DNA from: Bdellovibrionota bacterium
GTDB taxonomy: Bacteria > Bdellovibrionota_C > UBA2361 > JBGSMV01
Length of the DNA stretch: 42,107 bases
Assembly: GCA_044356455.1 (NCBI GenBank)
Contig: JBIKWF010000029.1
Span: 1 to 42,107, forward strand
Direction: 5' to 3'
This document shows positions 7,814 to 18,400 of this stretch, in pieces. The notes under the pieces are model-generated. The model ran no database searches and was not told the DNA's origin. It worked only from the letters and a program-made list of their open reading frames with translations. Numbering within the stretch: the stretch's first letter is position 1; each line of letters begins with the position of its first letter. The position numbers and the translations under genes were made by a program.

Positions 7814-10137
7814 GCAGCAAATCGACGTTGTGTTCCCCTCTGAGGATTCAGAGGCAGATCTATCACAAACCGAGCACCACGCGGCGTATTATCAAACACC
7901 CTCACTCGCCCTTGGTGGTCAGTAATGATGGACGTAACTATCGCAAGACCAAGCCCCGTTCCCCCCTTCTTGGTGGTGAAATACGGCTCAAAAACTTTAA
8001 GCTTATCTTGGGAAGATATTCCCGGGCCGGTATCGGCAACTTCAATACTCGCCATGCGGCGCCTCTTATCGTAGGAGCTGCGCACGGTCACTTTTGCTCC
8101 TTCGATTAATCCACCATTCGTGGAAGGACTTCCGGCCGACCGAATTGCGCTGAGCGCATTATCAATCAGATTAATAAGGACACGCCGGATTTGTTCTCTA
8201 TCGACCGACACAGGCGGTATTGAGTTGTCGGCAATAACTTGAAACACCACATCATGATGAAAGGTAGCAAAGGGCTCAACCACTCCTGAAATAATCTCGT
8301 TAATTCCTGCGGGAGCAAAATCAGCTTGTGGCATGCGCGCGAATTCCGAGAACTCGTTGGCAAGCCGCTTGATTGAGTCCACATGTTCTACGATGGTTTG
8401 TGTCGACTCGATGAGCTTCTCGCGCAAATCTCCGCGCGGCTCGTCGTCTTCAAAAATATCAGAACTCGCTGAACCTTCCGCTCGAATGAGCTTTTCAAGT
8501 CGCTGCGCCGAGAGCTGGATGGGAGTAAGCGGATTCTTAATCTCATGGGCGATGCGCTGCGCAACTTCGCGCCACGCGGCCATATGCTGGGCTTTCGAGA
8601 GCTCAGTGACATCGTCGAATAGGAGCGCATACCCGGAAGTAATTCCCCCTTCCCCTCGTATACTTCCCGCCGTGCATACTACTTTAAGCTCTCGGCCAGC
8701 GTTTCTCACTACAATCTCGCGCTCAAGCGCACGAGTGCCGCTCGACTCAGAATCCTGAGCAAGCAGCTCGAGCAACGGTTTAATCTGCTCAACATCGTGA
8801 GCACGAAGAGCACTCTCGAGCGGTGTACCTTCGACGTTTAAGGCGGGATCGAGGCCAAACGTCTCCAGGGCCGCAAAGTTAATCGAGGTAATTTTTGCTT
8901 CTTGATCGATGGCGATTACCCCTACTCCTAAGTTCTCTAAGATTGTCTCGAGGAAGGCGCGGTGGCGCTCACGCTCGCTACGCGACCTGCGCAAATCCGA
9001 GGTCATCTGATTAAACGAGCGCACTAAAAGACCCATTTCATCATCGCCCACTTCGCGAATCTGAATATCATCCCTGCCTTGCGCTACCAGCCTTGTGGCA
9101 TCAGCTAGTTTCTGGATTGGGCCGGCAATCTCTCGCGCAATGTAGAAGGCAATCCACACCGCAGAAAAGAGGATTAAGCCCGTAATCATGGTGAGGGTCA
9201 GGAGATAGTTGGACTTCACCGATCCGCGGAAAAGCTTAAGCTGCTCATACTCGCGGAAGGACTCATTTACCGTGGAAAGGGTTTGAGTGAGCTCAGGGCT
9301 GACCCGGTGGGTAAGAATAAGAGCAAGAGGAAACCGTGCACCGGGAAGAACGCTTGAACCACCTGCTTTAAGTGGGATCTCAAGCCGACTGTAGGCTCTT
9401 ATAAACTGGCTACTTTCTCTTTCCTCAAACCGCACTTGCGCTTCCCCGCCGAGAGCCTCGGTGAGCGCGGCCCTATCTAGCTCGGGCTCTCTAAAGGGCT
9501 CTAAAGTTGCGACCGCATTGTGCGTCTCAAAAACTTGCGTGCCTTCTCCTCCGACAATTCGAACCGAGAATAGCTTCCAGCGCTTCCTTTCTCCCTCAAG
9601 CCACTGCCTCAGATCTTCTGGGCTTCGAAACCCCTTAAAGCGAGCTACCAATTCTTCGCCAAGATGCTCGGACAACTCTGCTTGATACTCGCGCAGAAAT
9701 GCATGGTGCCTGCGCGCCACTTCGACCGCTCCCCCTACCGCAGTTTCAACGGTTGAACTAAACCAGCCCTCCATGGAGCGAGTCAGCAGCCCGCTGGCGA
9801 GAAAGAAGAGGATGGCAGTCGGCACCAAAATGAGCCCCACAAAAGCTACGACAAGGCGCGTGCGGAGCTGAGATCCTAGGATCCCTCGGCGCCTGTCAAA
9901 TACAAGCTTCACAATGTTGCGTCCGATCAAGAACGCGAGAACAAAAATGACGACTACTATAAAATTGACAAGAGTTAAGACCAGGAGGCTGCCAGTCGTA
10001 CGGCCAATTTCTTCCTCAGGCCTTTGCACATATACCAAAAGGGCGAAAAGAAAGGCGCCGAGCGCAAGAACAAAGGCACGCAGACCAAGACCTGCTCGCC
10101 TCCACACCACTGCAAAACGTTTGCGCCTACTAACCAC
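7810..10137 (-). CDS. NtrY-like sensor histidine kinase (TM-HAMP-PAS-HisKA-HATPase)
   Basis: WFSSTVE periplasmic motif, HAMP, AWREVAQRIAHEIKNPLTPIQLSAQRL H-box, NLIDNA, DTGPGI, FEPYFTTK, GTGLGL. Confidence 0.9.
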   Translation of the reverse strand: MVSRRKRFAVVWRRAGLGLRAFVLALGAFLFALLVYVQRPEEEIGRTTGSLLVLTLVNFIVVVIFVLAFLIGRNIVKLVFDRRRGILGSQLRTRLVVAFVGLILVPTAILFFLASGLLTRSMEGWFSSTVETAVGGAVEVARRHHAFLREYQAELSEHLGEELVARFKGFRSPEDLRQWLEGERKRWKLFSVRIVGGEGTQVFETHNAVATLEPFREPELDRAALTEALGGEAQVRFEERESSQFIRAYSRLEIPLKAGGSSVLPGARFPLALILTHRVSPELTQTLSTVNESFREYEQLKLFRGSVKSNYLLTLTMITGLILFSAVWIAFYIAREIAGPIQKLADATRLVAQGRDDIQIREVGDDEMGLLVRSFNQMTSDLRRSRSERERHRAFLETILENLGVGVIAIDQEAKITSINFAALETFGLDPALNVEGTPLESALRAHDVEQIKPLLELLAQDSESSGTRALEREIVVRNAGRELKVVCTAGSIRGEGGITSGYALLFDDVTELSKAQHMAAWREVAQRIAHEIKNPLTPIQLSAQRLEKLIRAEGSASSDIFEDDEPRGDLREKLIESTQTIVEHVDSIKRLANEFSEFARMPQADFAPAGINEIISGVVEPFATFHHDVVFQVIADNSIPPVSVDREQIRRVLINLIDNALSAIRSAGSPSTNGGLIEGAKVTVRSSYDKRRRMASIEVADTGPGISSQDKLKVFEPYFTTKKGGTGLGLAIVTSIITDHQGRVRVFDNTPRGARFVIDLPLNPQRGTQRRFAA

Positions 10138-10214
10138 TTACCATGCCCCTAGAATGACGCCCCCATCGCACGCTTCCCCATCAACTCAAGGGGCGCAGCA
10201 AAGACGCCGGTGCT

Positions 10215-10790
10215 TTAATTCTTTGCTGCCCTCTGCAATTTGAAACTTACCCACCCCGAGTCAAATCCTGACGTCCTCACCATACCGAGGGAAAGAAAGT
10301 AGGATAGCCTTTCAAGAGTCTCATTATTCACGCCCTTACACTGGGTGAGGAGACGCACGCCTACATAGCCTCGCGAGGAGGGCGCTGCGTTTTTAAGTTC
10401 GGCAGCCAAAAAATCCAACTCAAGACGAGGAATACTTGCGAGTTTTTTCAGGGCGAGCTGCTCGTCCTCTATCGTCTCAGTTTGAGGCGGCTCATTGTCT
10501 CCGAGGCGATCCTCACTTAGTCGGAAAGTCTGAGAAATGGGGTCGAATTGCAAAGAATGCAAAATCAGACGACTACGCTCACAAGGGTCAGACCAGAAAT
10601 AAGCTTCTTGGCAATAGCGCACCTCAAATCGGTAGCGAACTTCCAGGCCACTTCTCTTACATTGGGCCGTCATCTCATCTAGCCCAGAAACAGAAACGGC
10701 AATGGCGTGAGAGGTCTCTGGATCAACCCAGTTCACTTGAATTTGAGGAGGGGCGAAAACCACGAGCAGCAAGAGTAAAAAATACTTCAC
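10215..10790 (-). CDS. DUF4390-like exported protein
   Basis: Signal peptide; [11 protein letters not shown]...[12 protein letters not shown] resembles DUF4390, a family typically found upstream of ntrY-like kinases. Confidence 0.65.
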   Translation of the reverse strand: MKYFLLLLLVVFAPPQIQVNWVDPETSHAIAVSVSGLDEMTAQCKRSGLEVRYRFEVRYCQEAYFWSDPCERSRLILHSLQFDPISQTFRLSEDRLGDNEPPQTETIEDEQLALKKLASIPRLELDFLAAELKNAAPSSRGYVGVRLLTQCKGVNNETLERLSYFLSLGMVRTSGFDSGWVSFKLQRAAKN

Positions 10791-11989
10791 TTTTCCTCCC
10801 CATGGCGAGGAGCAGAGGAAAGCCCCGCTTCAATTTCACCCTCACCAATTCTAAGAGCCACTTGGCGCTCAGATTCGCGGCGCTTAGGCTGACTCTTTCC
10901 ACAATGAGCGTAACCTTGCGCGGTTACCTCACGTCCACGGCGAGTCCGCGCAAGATATCCTTCTTGCACTAGAAAGGGTTCGTACACATCTTCGAGGGTA
11001 TCACGCTCCTCTCCAATAGAAGCCGAGATCGTCTCAATTCCCACAGGCCCACCCTCAAAGCGATCAATAATCATCTCAAGAATGAGACGATCCATACGGT
11101 CGAGGCCACGGTGGTCGATATCAAGCAGCCCAAGCGCCTCCTGTGCTACCTGCAACGTAACCACGCCATCAGAGCGCTCTTCTGCAAAGTCACGCACGCG
11201 TTTGAGAAGTCGATTCACGATACGCGGAGTTCCCCGCGAACGGCGACCGAGTTCTGAGGCCGCCTCACCCATCAGCCGCACTCCAATAATATCGGCTGAG
11301 CGCAGTACTATCTGAGTAAGTTCCTCAGGCGAGTAGTATCCAAGCCTAAGCACCATGCCGAACCTATCGCGTAGTGGAGAGGTAAGCATGCCGGTCCGTG
11401 TCGTCGCTCCCACGAGCGTAAAAGGTTTGAGTTCAATTTTTACTGATTTCGCTGCAGGGCCATGGCCTATCAGAATGTCGATCTCGAAGTCTTCCATCGC
11501 AGGATAGAGAACCTCCTCCACCACGCGCGAGAGTCTGTGTATCTCATCGATAAACAACACATCATTCGCATTGAGCGAAGAAAGTATTGCCGCGAGATCG
11601 CCGGGGCGCTCGATGACTGGCCCCGAAGTCGAACGAAACCCTACTCCAAGCTCGTGAGCAATTATCTTTGCTAAAGACGTCTTCCCCAAACCAGGTGGCC
11701 CGTGAAGAAGCACATGGTCAAGCGCCTCTTTGCGCCGCGCCGCCGCTCGGCTTGCGATGAGCAGATTCTCTTTAACCAGAGTCTGCCCCACATATTCATC
11801 AAACTTGCTTGGCCTAAGAGAGGGCGTGTGCACCGCTCCTTGCTCGTCATCAACCTCAGCCTCTCGCGCGAGCGCAGAGAGGCCCATCCAACGTTCAACC
11901 TCGGAACTATCGGTTTCAGCAATGACCGTGGAGGCGATTCCCTCCCCTACCGCTGCGCCTTTTTTTGAACCTACGTCACCCGTGCTCAT
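10787..11989 (-). CDS. ruvB: Holliday junction branch migration helicase RuvB
   Basis: [54 protein letters not shown]. Confidence 0.98.
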   Translation of the reverse strand: MSTGDVGSKKGAAVGEGIASTVIAETDSSEVERWMGLSALAREAEVDDEQGAVHTPSLRPSKFDEYVGQTLVKENLLIASRAAARRKEALDHVLLHGPPGLGKTSLAKIIAHELGVGFRSTSGPVIERPGDLAAILSSLNANDVLFIDEIHRLSRVVEEVLYPAMEDFEIDILIGHGPAAKSVKIELKPFTLVGATTRTGMLTSPLRDRFGMVLRLGYYSPEELTQIVLRSADIIGVRLMGEAASELGRRSRGTPRIVNRLLKRVRDFAEERSDGVVTLQVAQEALGLLDIDHRGLDRMDRLILEMIIDRFEGGPVGIETISASIGEERDTLEDVYEPFLVQEGYLARTRRGREVTAQGYAHCGKSQPKRRESERQVALRIGEGEIEAGLSSAPRHGEEK

Positions 11990-12032
11990 AATGTGCTCTA
12001 AAGCCAGAAGCGCCGCCGTCGTGGCAAACTAA

Positions 12033-12162
12033 GGAACCTCTGAAAAACTTCGATATTTTATTTCTTTCCCTCCGTGTTCTCTGTGCCCTCTGTGGTTTTT
12101 CAACAATTTAAATCAACCACAGAGGGCACAGAGCTCACAGAGCAGACTTTTTCAGAGGTTCC
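12033..12162. mobile_element. MITE-like element, family B, copy 1
   Basis: Perfect 15-bp TIR GGAACCTCTGAAAAA / TTTTTCAGAGGTTCC; CTAA duplicated at 12029-12032 and 12163-12166; internal hairpin 12070-12097 / 12115-12142. Confidence 0.85.
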
Positions 12163-12762
12163 CTAAACGAACCTGAGTGCCTCTTTCACTATAGACCCAG
12201 TATCTGATTGCGGGGAAAGCCCACTTTCAAGGGCTTGTTTTACTGCGCGCTCTGCATCCTTACGGATAAAGCCAAGCGTTTGCAGCGCCTGCACCGCATC
12301 TTCAAGCGGAACGGTCTCTCTTTCCACGCGCTGAGAAAGGGGAACATGCCGCTCAGCCACAAACTCACCCACTTTATCCCGAAGCTCTACCACGATGCGC
12401 TCCGCGGTCTTCTTGCCAACTCCCTTCACCGCTTGCAGCCGAGCAAGATCGCCCGCGCTTACTATCCGCAGCAGCTCTCTGCAGTCGATACTCGAAACAA
12501 TGTCAGCAGAGCTTTTTGGCCCAACGCCTTTCACCCTAAGCAAAAGGAGAAAGGTCTGCTTCTCTAGCTGGTCGAGGAACCCATACAGCCGAATATGGTC
12601 CTGGTTTACGTCCGTATAGATCACCATGCTGGCTTCCGCGCCCACGTTCAGGGTCTCAATAAGACGCAGGGTTGAATGAACCTCATAGCCCACCCCTTGG
12701 ACGTCAAGCAGCACGGTTTGACCCACCACGTGCTCAACTTTCCCCCGTAGACTTCCAATCAT
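12163..12762 (-). CDS. ruvA: Holliday junction DNA-binding protein RuvA
   Basis: MIGSLRG, DVQGVGYEV, LYGF, VKGVGPK, GVGKKTAERIVVELRDK, ALQTLGF. Confidence 0.98.
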   Translation of the reverse strand: MIGSLRGKVEHVVGQTVLLDVQGVGYEVHSTLRLIETLNVGAEASMVIYTDVNQDHIRLYGFLDQLEKQTFLLLLRVKGVGPKSSADIVSSIDCRELLRIVSAGDLARLQAVKGVGKKTAERIVVELRDKVGEFVAERHVPLSQRVERETVPLEDAVQALQTLGFIRKDAERAVKQALESGLSPQSDTGSIVKEALRFV

Positions 12763-13138
12763 GCTGAATTCCTAGATCAAAGCTGCTTCCTCCTCGCGAG
12801 GCGCACCCTGATTTAACCACAGAGGCGGCCCAAGCCCCAGAGTAGATAGCCCAGAACCGCATTTTCCCCTGTCTTAAAGTTTCGTCTGGCGCTGGCCCTG
12901 CCCTCGGCTCCCAAAAACGCACATTCTCTATTAATTACAAATAGATAGGGCTTCAACACAACTCTCCATGCAAGCCTCCTCCACCCCTCGGGATTGCACT
13001 CCTCTACGGCAACAAGCCAAAGCAACTATTTCCGACTCACGCGGGAATTTCCAAGGCTAAGAATTGCCTGCCTTCCGCCCTGTTGGAGTACACAGTCTCC
13101 CTCTACAATTACCTCCTTATTTGAGCTGAGAAATCTGC

Positions 13139-15439
13139 GTGCGAGCGTTCTTATTATTCATGGTAGGTGTGGGGGCCCTGCTCGCGGCCGCGGGGTACTT
13201 TGCCTTTCTCTCTATCGATCAAGAGGTCGAGCTCCTTCTCAAATCTCCCCCGGACCGCGCACTCTCCGCTATTTACTCTGATATTGCCCGCATAGAGCCT
13301 GACACAGACCCCGATCTCGTAGAGCAGCAACTTGTCAAACGACGCTATCGCCCAGTTCCCGGCACTCCCTCCCACCCCGGAGAGTTCCAAAGAAATGCAT
13401 CTTCCTTTTCAATATTCACTCGTGAGTTTATGACGCCAGATGGGCGCGTGCTCCCAAGCAAACTGACGGAGTGGGTAGCTCACGACAGAGGGAGGCCGCC
13501 CCTTATACTTGAGGCCCAAATTATCTCTATCTTGGGCGGAGGCTCCACTCGCAGCTCAGAGCAGCGGTCTCTCACTGAATTCCCTGCTCACCTGATTCAA
13601 GCCGTTATCTCAATTGAAGACGAGCGGTTTAAGCACCACTTTGGAATCGACTTGGGCGGGATACTCAGAGCGACGGTTGAAAACATCCGCGCGGGAAGAT
13701 TTGTGCAAGGTGGGAGCACCATTACTCAGCAACTCGCGAAGAATCTGCTGCTTTCAAGGGAAAAGAGCATTAAACGAAAGCTTCGGGAGGCGCTCGCCGC
13801 ATTTAGTTTTGAGAAGAGACTTTCTAAGGAGCGCATCCTCGAACTGTATCTTAACGAGGTCTACCTTGGACAAGAAGGAGCGGTGGCTTTGCACGGGTTC
13901 GAGGCCGCAGCCCGTTCCTTTCTGGGCAAACGAGTGGAGGACCTGACCCTTGCAGAAAGCGCACTCCTCGCCGGGATGATCCAAGCGCCATCGCTCTACT
14001 CCCCCAGGCGCCACCTTAGCCGGGCTCGAGAGAGGCGCAATATCGTGCTTCGAAAGATGCGTGAGCTAGGATATCTCTCGGCCAGCGAGCTGCGCGAAGC
14101 GCTCGCTTCCCCTGTGCAAGTAATTAAAGAGTCTCTGCATCGACGCCGCGCCCCCCATTTTGTCACCGAACTTGCCCAGCGCATTGAGCGTGATTTGGGC
14201 GCAGAAGCCCTCCATACTCCGGGGCTCAAAGTATTTACAGGACTTGATTTAGATCTTCAGCAATGCGCAGAAAGAGCAGTAAAGAAGGTTCTTCCTGCGC
14301 TTGAAAAACAGTACCCCAAACTAGTGCGCCGCAAGCAGCCGTTAGAAATTGGGCTCGTGTCGATTGAGCCTTTTAGCGGCAAAGTAAAAGCCTGGGTAGG
14401 GGGCCGAGATTTTAGCGTTGCGCAGTTTGATCATGTCTCTCAGGCAAAGCGCCAGGTAGGCTCCACTATCAAGCCCTTTCTCTACCTTACGGCTCTCGAC
14501 CGCACCCTCAATTCTTACAAAGTTGCCACTACCATCAGCATTCTAAGCGATGAGCCCACTAAGGTGGATCTCATAACCCGCAAAGCATGGGTGCCAGAGA
14601 ACTACGACCGAGAATTTAGAGGCGATGTCACCGTCCGCTATGCACTTGAGCATTCGCTCAACATTCCCGCCGTAAATGTGCTTCAGCGCGTGGGACTTCC
14701 GGCATTTACGAACACTCTGCGAAGCTTTCACCTCGCGCACGACATTCCACAAGTTCCCGCCTTAGCCTTAGGCGCCCTCGATACTTCTCTGCTGGAACTT
14801 ACCGGCGCCTTCGGAGGCTTAGCCAACAGCGGTAGAATAATTGAGCCACGACTTTTTGTGTCAGTCCTCAGCGACGAAGGGGGAAAGCTCCTCACGAGTG
14901 ACATTAAAGAGGAACAAGTCGCAGGCGAGGCCGCCGTGTATGTTCTCACTGACATTCTCCAAGGTGCCATTGACCGCGGCACAGGCCGCAGCATCAGGAC
15001 CTCTGGGTATGAGTTCCCCGTCGCGGGAAAGACAGGGACTTCAAACGAGGCGCGCGACCTTTGGTTCGTGGGGTTCACTCCAGACCTTGTAACGGGAGTA
15101 TGGATCGGATTCGATGACAACTCGATGGTGGGACTCACAGGAGGCGCCGCCGCAGCGCCCGTATGGAGCGAGTACATGAAATGCGCCGCGCCGCTAAGAC
15201 CCCCCGCCTCATTCATCACGCCGGCAGGAGTGATTCGAGCCGATGTTGATTTACACACAGGCTACCGAGTATCGCCAGAATGCCCAGGAGAGGAAGTGAC
15301 GCGTGAAGTATTTGTAGCCGGCACAGAGCCGTCTCTGGGATGCAGCAGGAGTGATGAGACAGAGGAAGCACCTTCAGACTCAGAGGAGCCGGAGCCTCCT
15401 CGGAGGAGACGTTCACTTTGGGACCAGCTGTTTGGTTAG
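13139..15439 (+). CDS. mrcB: Class A penicillin-binding protein (PBP1b-type transglycosylase/transpeptidase)
   Basis: TM anchor, UB2H-like segment, EDERFKHHFG, GGSTITQQLAKN, RKLRE, SxxK (STIK), SxN (SLN), KTGT. Confidence 0.88.
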   Translation: MRAFLLFMVGVGALLAAAGYFAFLSIDQEVELLLKSPPDRALSAIYSDIARIEPDTDPDLVEQQLVKRRYRPVPGTPSHPGEFQRNASSFSIFTREFMTPDGRVLPSKLTEWVAHDRGRPPLILEAQIISILGGGSTRSSEQRSLTEFPAHLIQAVISIEDERFKHHFGIDLGGILRATVENIRAGRFVQGGSTITQQLAKNLLLSREKSIKRKLREALAAFSFEKRLSKERILELYLNEVYLGQEGAVALHGFEAAARSFLGKRVEDLTLAESALLAGMIQAPSLYSPRRHLSRARERRNIVLRKMRELGYLSASELREALASPVQVIKESLHRRRAPHFVTELAQRIERDLGAEALHTPGLKVFTGLDLDLQQCAERAVKKVLPALEKQYPKLVRRKQPLEIGLVSIEPFSGKVKAWVGGRDFSVAQFDHVSQAKRQVGSTIKPFLYLTALDRTLNSYKVATTISILSDEPTKVDLITRKAWVPENYDREFRGDVTVRYALEHSLNIPAVNVLQRVGLPAFTNTLRSFHLAHDIPQVPALALGALDTSLLELTGAFGGLANSGRIIEPRLFVSVLSDEGGKLLTSDIKEEQVAGEAAVYVLTDILQGAIDRGTGRSIRTSGYEFPVAGKTGTSNEARDLWFVGFTPDLVTGVWIGFDDNSMVGLTGGAAAAPVWSEYMKCAAPLRPPASFITPAGVIRADVDLHTGYRVSPECPGEEVTREVFVAGTEPSLGCSRSDETEEAPSDSEEPEPPRRRRSLWDQLFG

Positions 15440-15475
15440 GAATCGACCGCTTTCTTGCGTAGGCAATGCTCGGGA

Positions 15476-18400
15476 TCAATACGGGTCGAATGCAACAACC
15501 TCAAGATACCCCCCTGACCGCCTAAAACGCTGCTCACAGTTCGCGAGGCCGGCAAGGTTTCTTTCAAGGGTCTCTTGAGAGTCAAAAACACGGACACAGG
15601 CGCCGCGTGGCTCACGCCGCATCCACGATAACACCGCGTCTGAGTGGCTCAGCTTCCAAGAATTCGGGACTCCACTTTCGGCTATCTTTAGTACCGACGA
15701 GGCAATAAAGAGCCTTCCTACCTGCTCAATAACCTCAGGGCTCGTAAATCCTGAGACAAACTGACAGAGCGGCTCCGTCTCGGGATTCGAAATAAAATAC
15801 TGCTTGAGCCTTGAGTTAGTGCTCAAAAAAACTACTAGTGGAACGCCATTCGAAGTCACTACTAACGAGCTCCTCTGGCGAAAGCGCTCGAGGGCGAGCA
15901 GCTCTCTGGCCAAAAGGCGAAATGGTTGCTTCTGAGCCAGCGCAGCTCTCGGTGGAACTTGTCCGTAATCTCTCCACCCGATCGGCGCAAGGCTATCTAT
16001 GTCAACACAAAGGATAGTAGGCCGCTCGATCTCTTCAATTCGATCGCGCACAAAAAGTTTTCCCGTTCGCGCCAAGAACCTCTGGTCAATCAACTTGGCA
16101 GGCATGCCAGGAGTGTACGGTCTTGCAGATTCATATATCCCGGCTTCCCCGGCGGGCATACGGATGCCACGCTGAACAAGATCGCTAAATTCGGGGAAAC
16201 GATAACGCACCGCTTTCATGCCCCGCCGAGAAGGCTTCGCATGAGATCCAGGACTCTCTGAGCCGAGAAGGTCGGAGCGAGCAATAGGCGAGGTACATAA
16301 GTCAGGCTGTAAGGAACTAAGCCGTACCTGTGTTCTTAATGGGACATCACTTGGCTTGTACTCGCTTGCAAGTGGTCTCATGAGATAAGACGGCACCCTC
16401 AGTGCGGAACTCAGTGGAGAAAACACTTCGCCCTTGCACTCACGAAGTTCCTCTGCATAGGCGATAAAGAGCAGGAGGGCTGCAACTTTGGCCCGAGGAG
16501 ATAACGCTGCGGCGAGAGGTACGGAAATCGCAATATCGGCCGGATGGGGAGATAGACTAAAGCGCTTCAAAATCGCGCTTAATTCAGCTTCAGTAAGCAG
16601 CGCGCGAACTCGGGAGGAATCTGCAGCAACCTTAGCGGAGCTTTGATTTTCGACCGCTTCAATTACAGGCTCTGCCTTCTTTTGCAATTTATTAAAACTA
16701 TCCTCGCCTTCTGAAATGAGCAGGCCTTGAAGCCATTCAAGCGCGGCGTGAACTTCTCTCGGGTCGAGGCCATGAAAGGCATTTGCAACAACTGCCGCTT
16801 TCCCCAGAGCTTGCATGGTCTCGCCCTGCTCATGCGCCGAACTTTTTCCCTGTCCCCTCGACTCTTCGTCCCCTGCATGCGAGGAGTGCTGCGTCACTTT
16901 GGGGGCAAACCCACCCTGCTTCCATGCCAATGCGAGACGGGACCTTAGCGCACTCCCTTCGATGGGATGCTGCGCATCAAACTTTATAAATGCCTCCTGC
17001 CCTTGCTCGTCGTAACCACCTAGTGCATACGACACCCTCGCCAATGCGGATATTTCAGGCTCTGTGCCACCTTTCAATTCATTAATCGCCGCCATGATCC
17101 AAGGGATTCTTACCACGTCACCCCTACTTGGGGAGGCTGACCCTTCGGGATTATCAAGAGACAACTTAAGTCTGGCGTCAGCCGCCCTCAGATTCAAAGA
17201 TGAAGCTATTCTGGCGGCGCTCGCTAGGGCACTTTCGCGAGGCATCTGGCCCAAGACTTGGGGGCTGAGAACCCCTAACCTCACCAGCATCTCAAGTGCA
17301 TCAACAATGGCCGCCTCCTCACTCATACGATAGGCGACCAGCAGTGCTCCCGGAGCGTGCGAGGAATCAGGAAATGCCCCGCCTCGCGATCTCGTTTTCT
17401 CAAAGTTCTGAAGAATCCAGCTTTCGTCTTGTGCATAAAGCGCAGGGTCGCTTTGCGGAAGAGCTGCCTTGAGAAAGGAGAACCAGGTGCTGAGATATGG
17501 CTCCATAGCGAAGCGGCTTTGTAGTACGGCAGAAATCGCGGCTGATGCAAATACAGGAAGCATCGACATCCTTGTCTCTGTAGAGCTGACGACTCCGTGA
17601 AACCTGCTGCCTTGTCGCCTTATATAATCAGAAGAAAGCGCAAGCAGCTTAGCGAAAGATGAATCAGCATGAGCGATAGACGGTAGTATTGCCAGGGGAG
17701 CGAGCCCATGGAGGAACTTTCCCCGCTCTCCGATGATCTTCAATAGATCGAAAGAGATTTCATCGATCGTATCGAGCACACTTTTTGTCGATGGCTTTTC
17801 CGGATCTGCGGGAAACCTTAGATACGCGAAGGCATTGATGCCCATAATAGCCTGAGCTGCGCGATCTAAATGCTCCTGATCCCCTGACGCCGCAAGTTCC
17901 CATCCCCCGGCCACAAAAGCGCTTCGTACATGTTCCAGCACACTAAGGAGAGACTGCGCGCTCGGAAACTCTTGGCAAGAAGCAGCTTGCGGTTCAGTTG
18001 AGCCTCTCGCAAAGGAAATTGAAGCGGAAAGAGAGGAGAAACAACGCCAGAGTAGTGCGCTACCGTAAAAACTACTCCTAACTTGGTTAAAAACTCTTGC
18101 GTCCTCAACCACGGAAAGGGGCACCATGTCGAGTAGATCCTGCGCGCCATAAAGCTCCGGCAAGGTGACCTGAACAACTTCGAAGGGCGAACCTTCGAGC
18201 TTCGTGAGGTCCACTATTTTGCTCGTAAAAGAACCCTTCGCCAAAGTCTTTGAAAGAGCGTCCATAGCTTTTTTCGGATCTTGCTCAAGCATAAACTTTG
18301 GAAGTTTAAGTGACTCAAGCAAACAGCGACTAATTGCAAATCTCAGGATCGCACCCCGCTCCGCACTTCCAAGGGAAGGTTCCCTGAGTGCTGATGAGAT

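Noticed and set aside
12763..13138. Possible ruvC or small gene upstream of ruvA
   Set aside because: Only short ORFs without RuvC acidic motifs; more likely a divergent promoter region.
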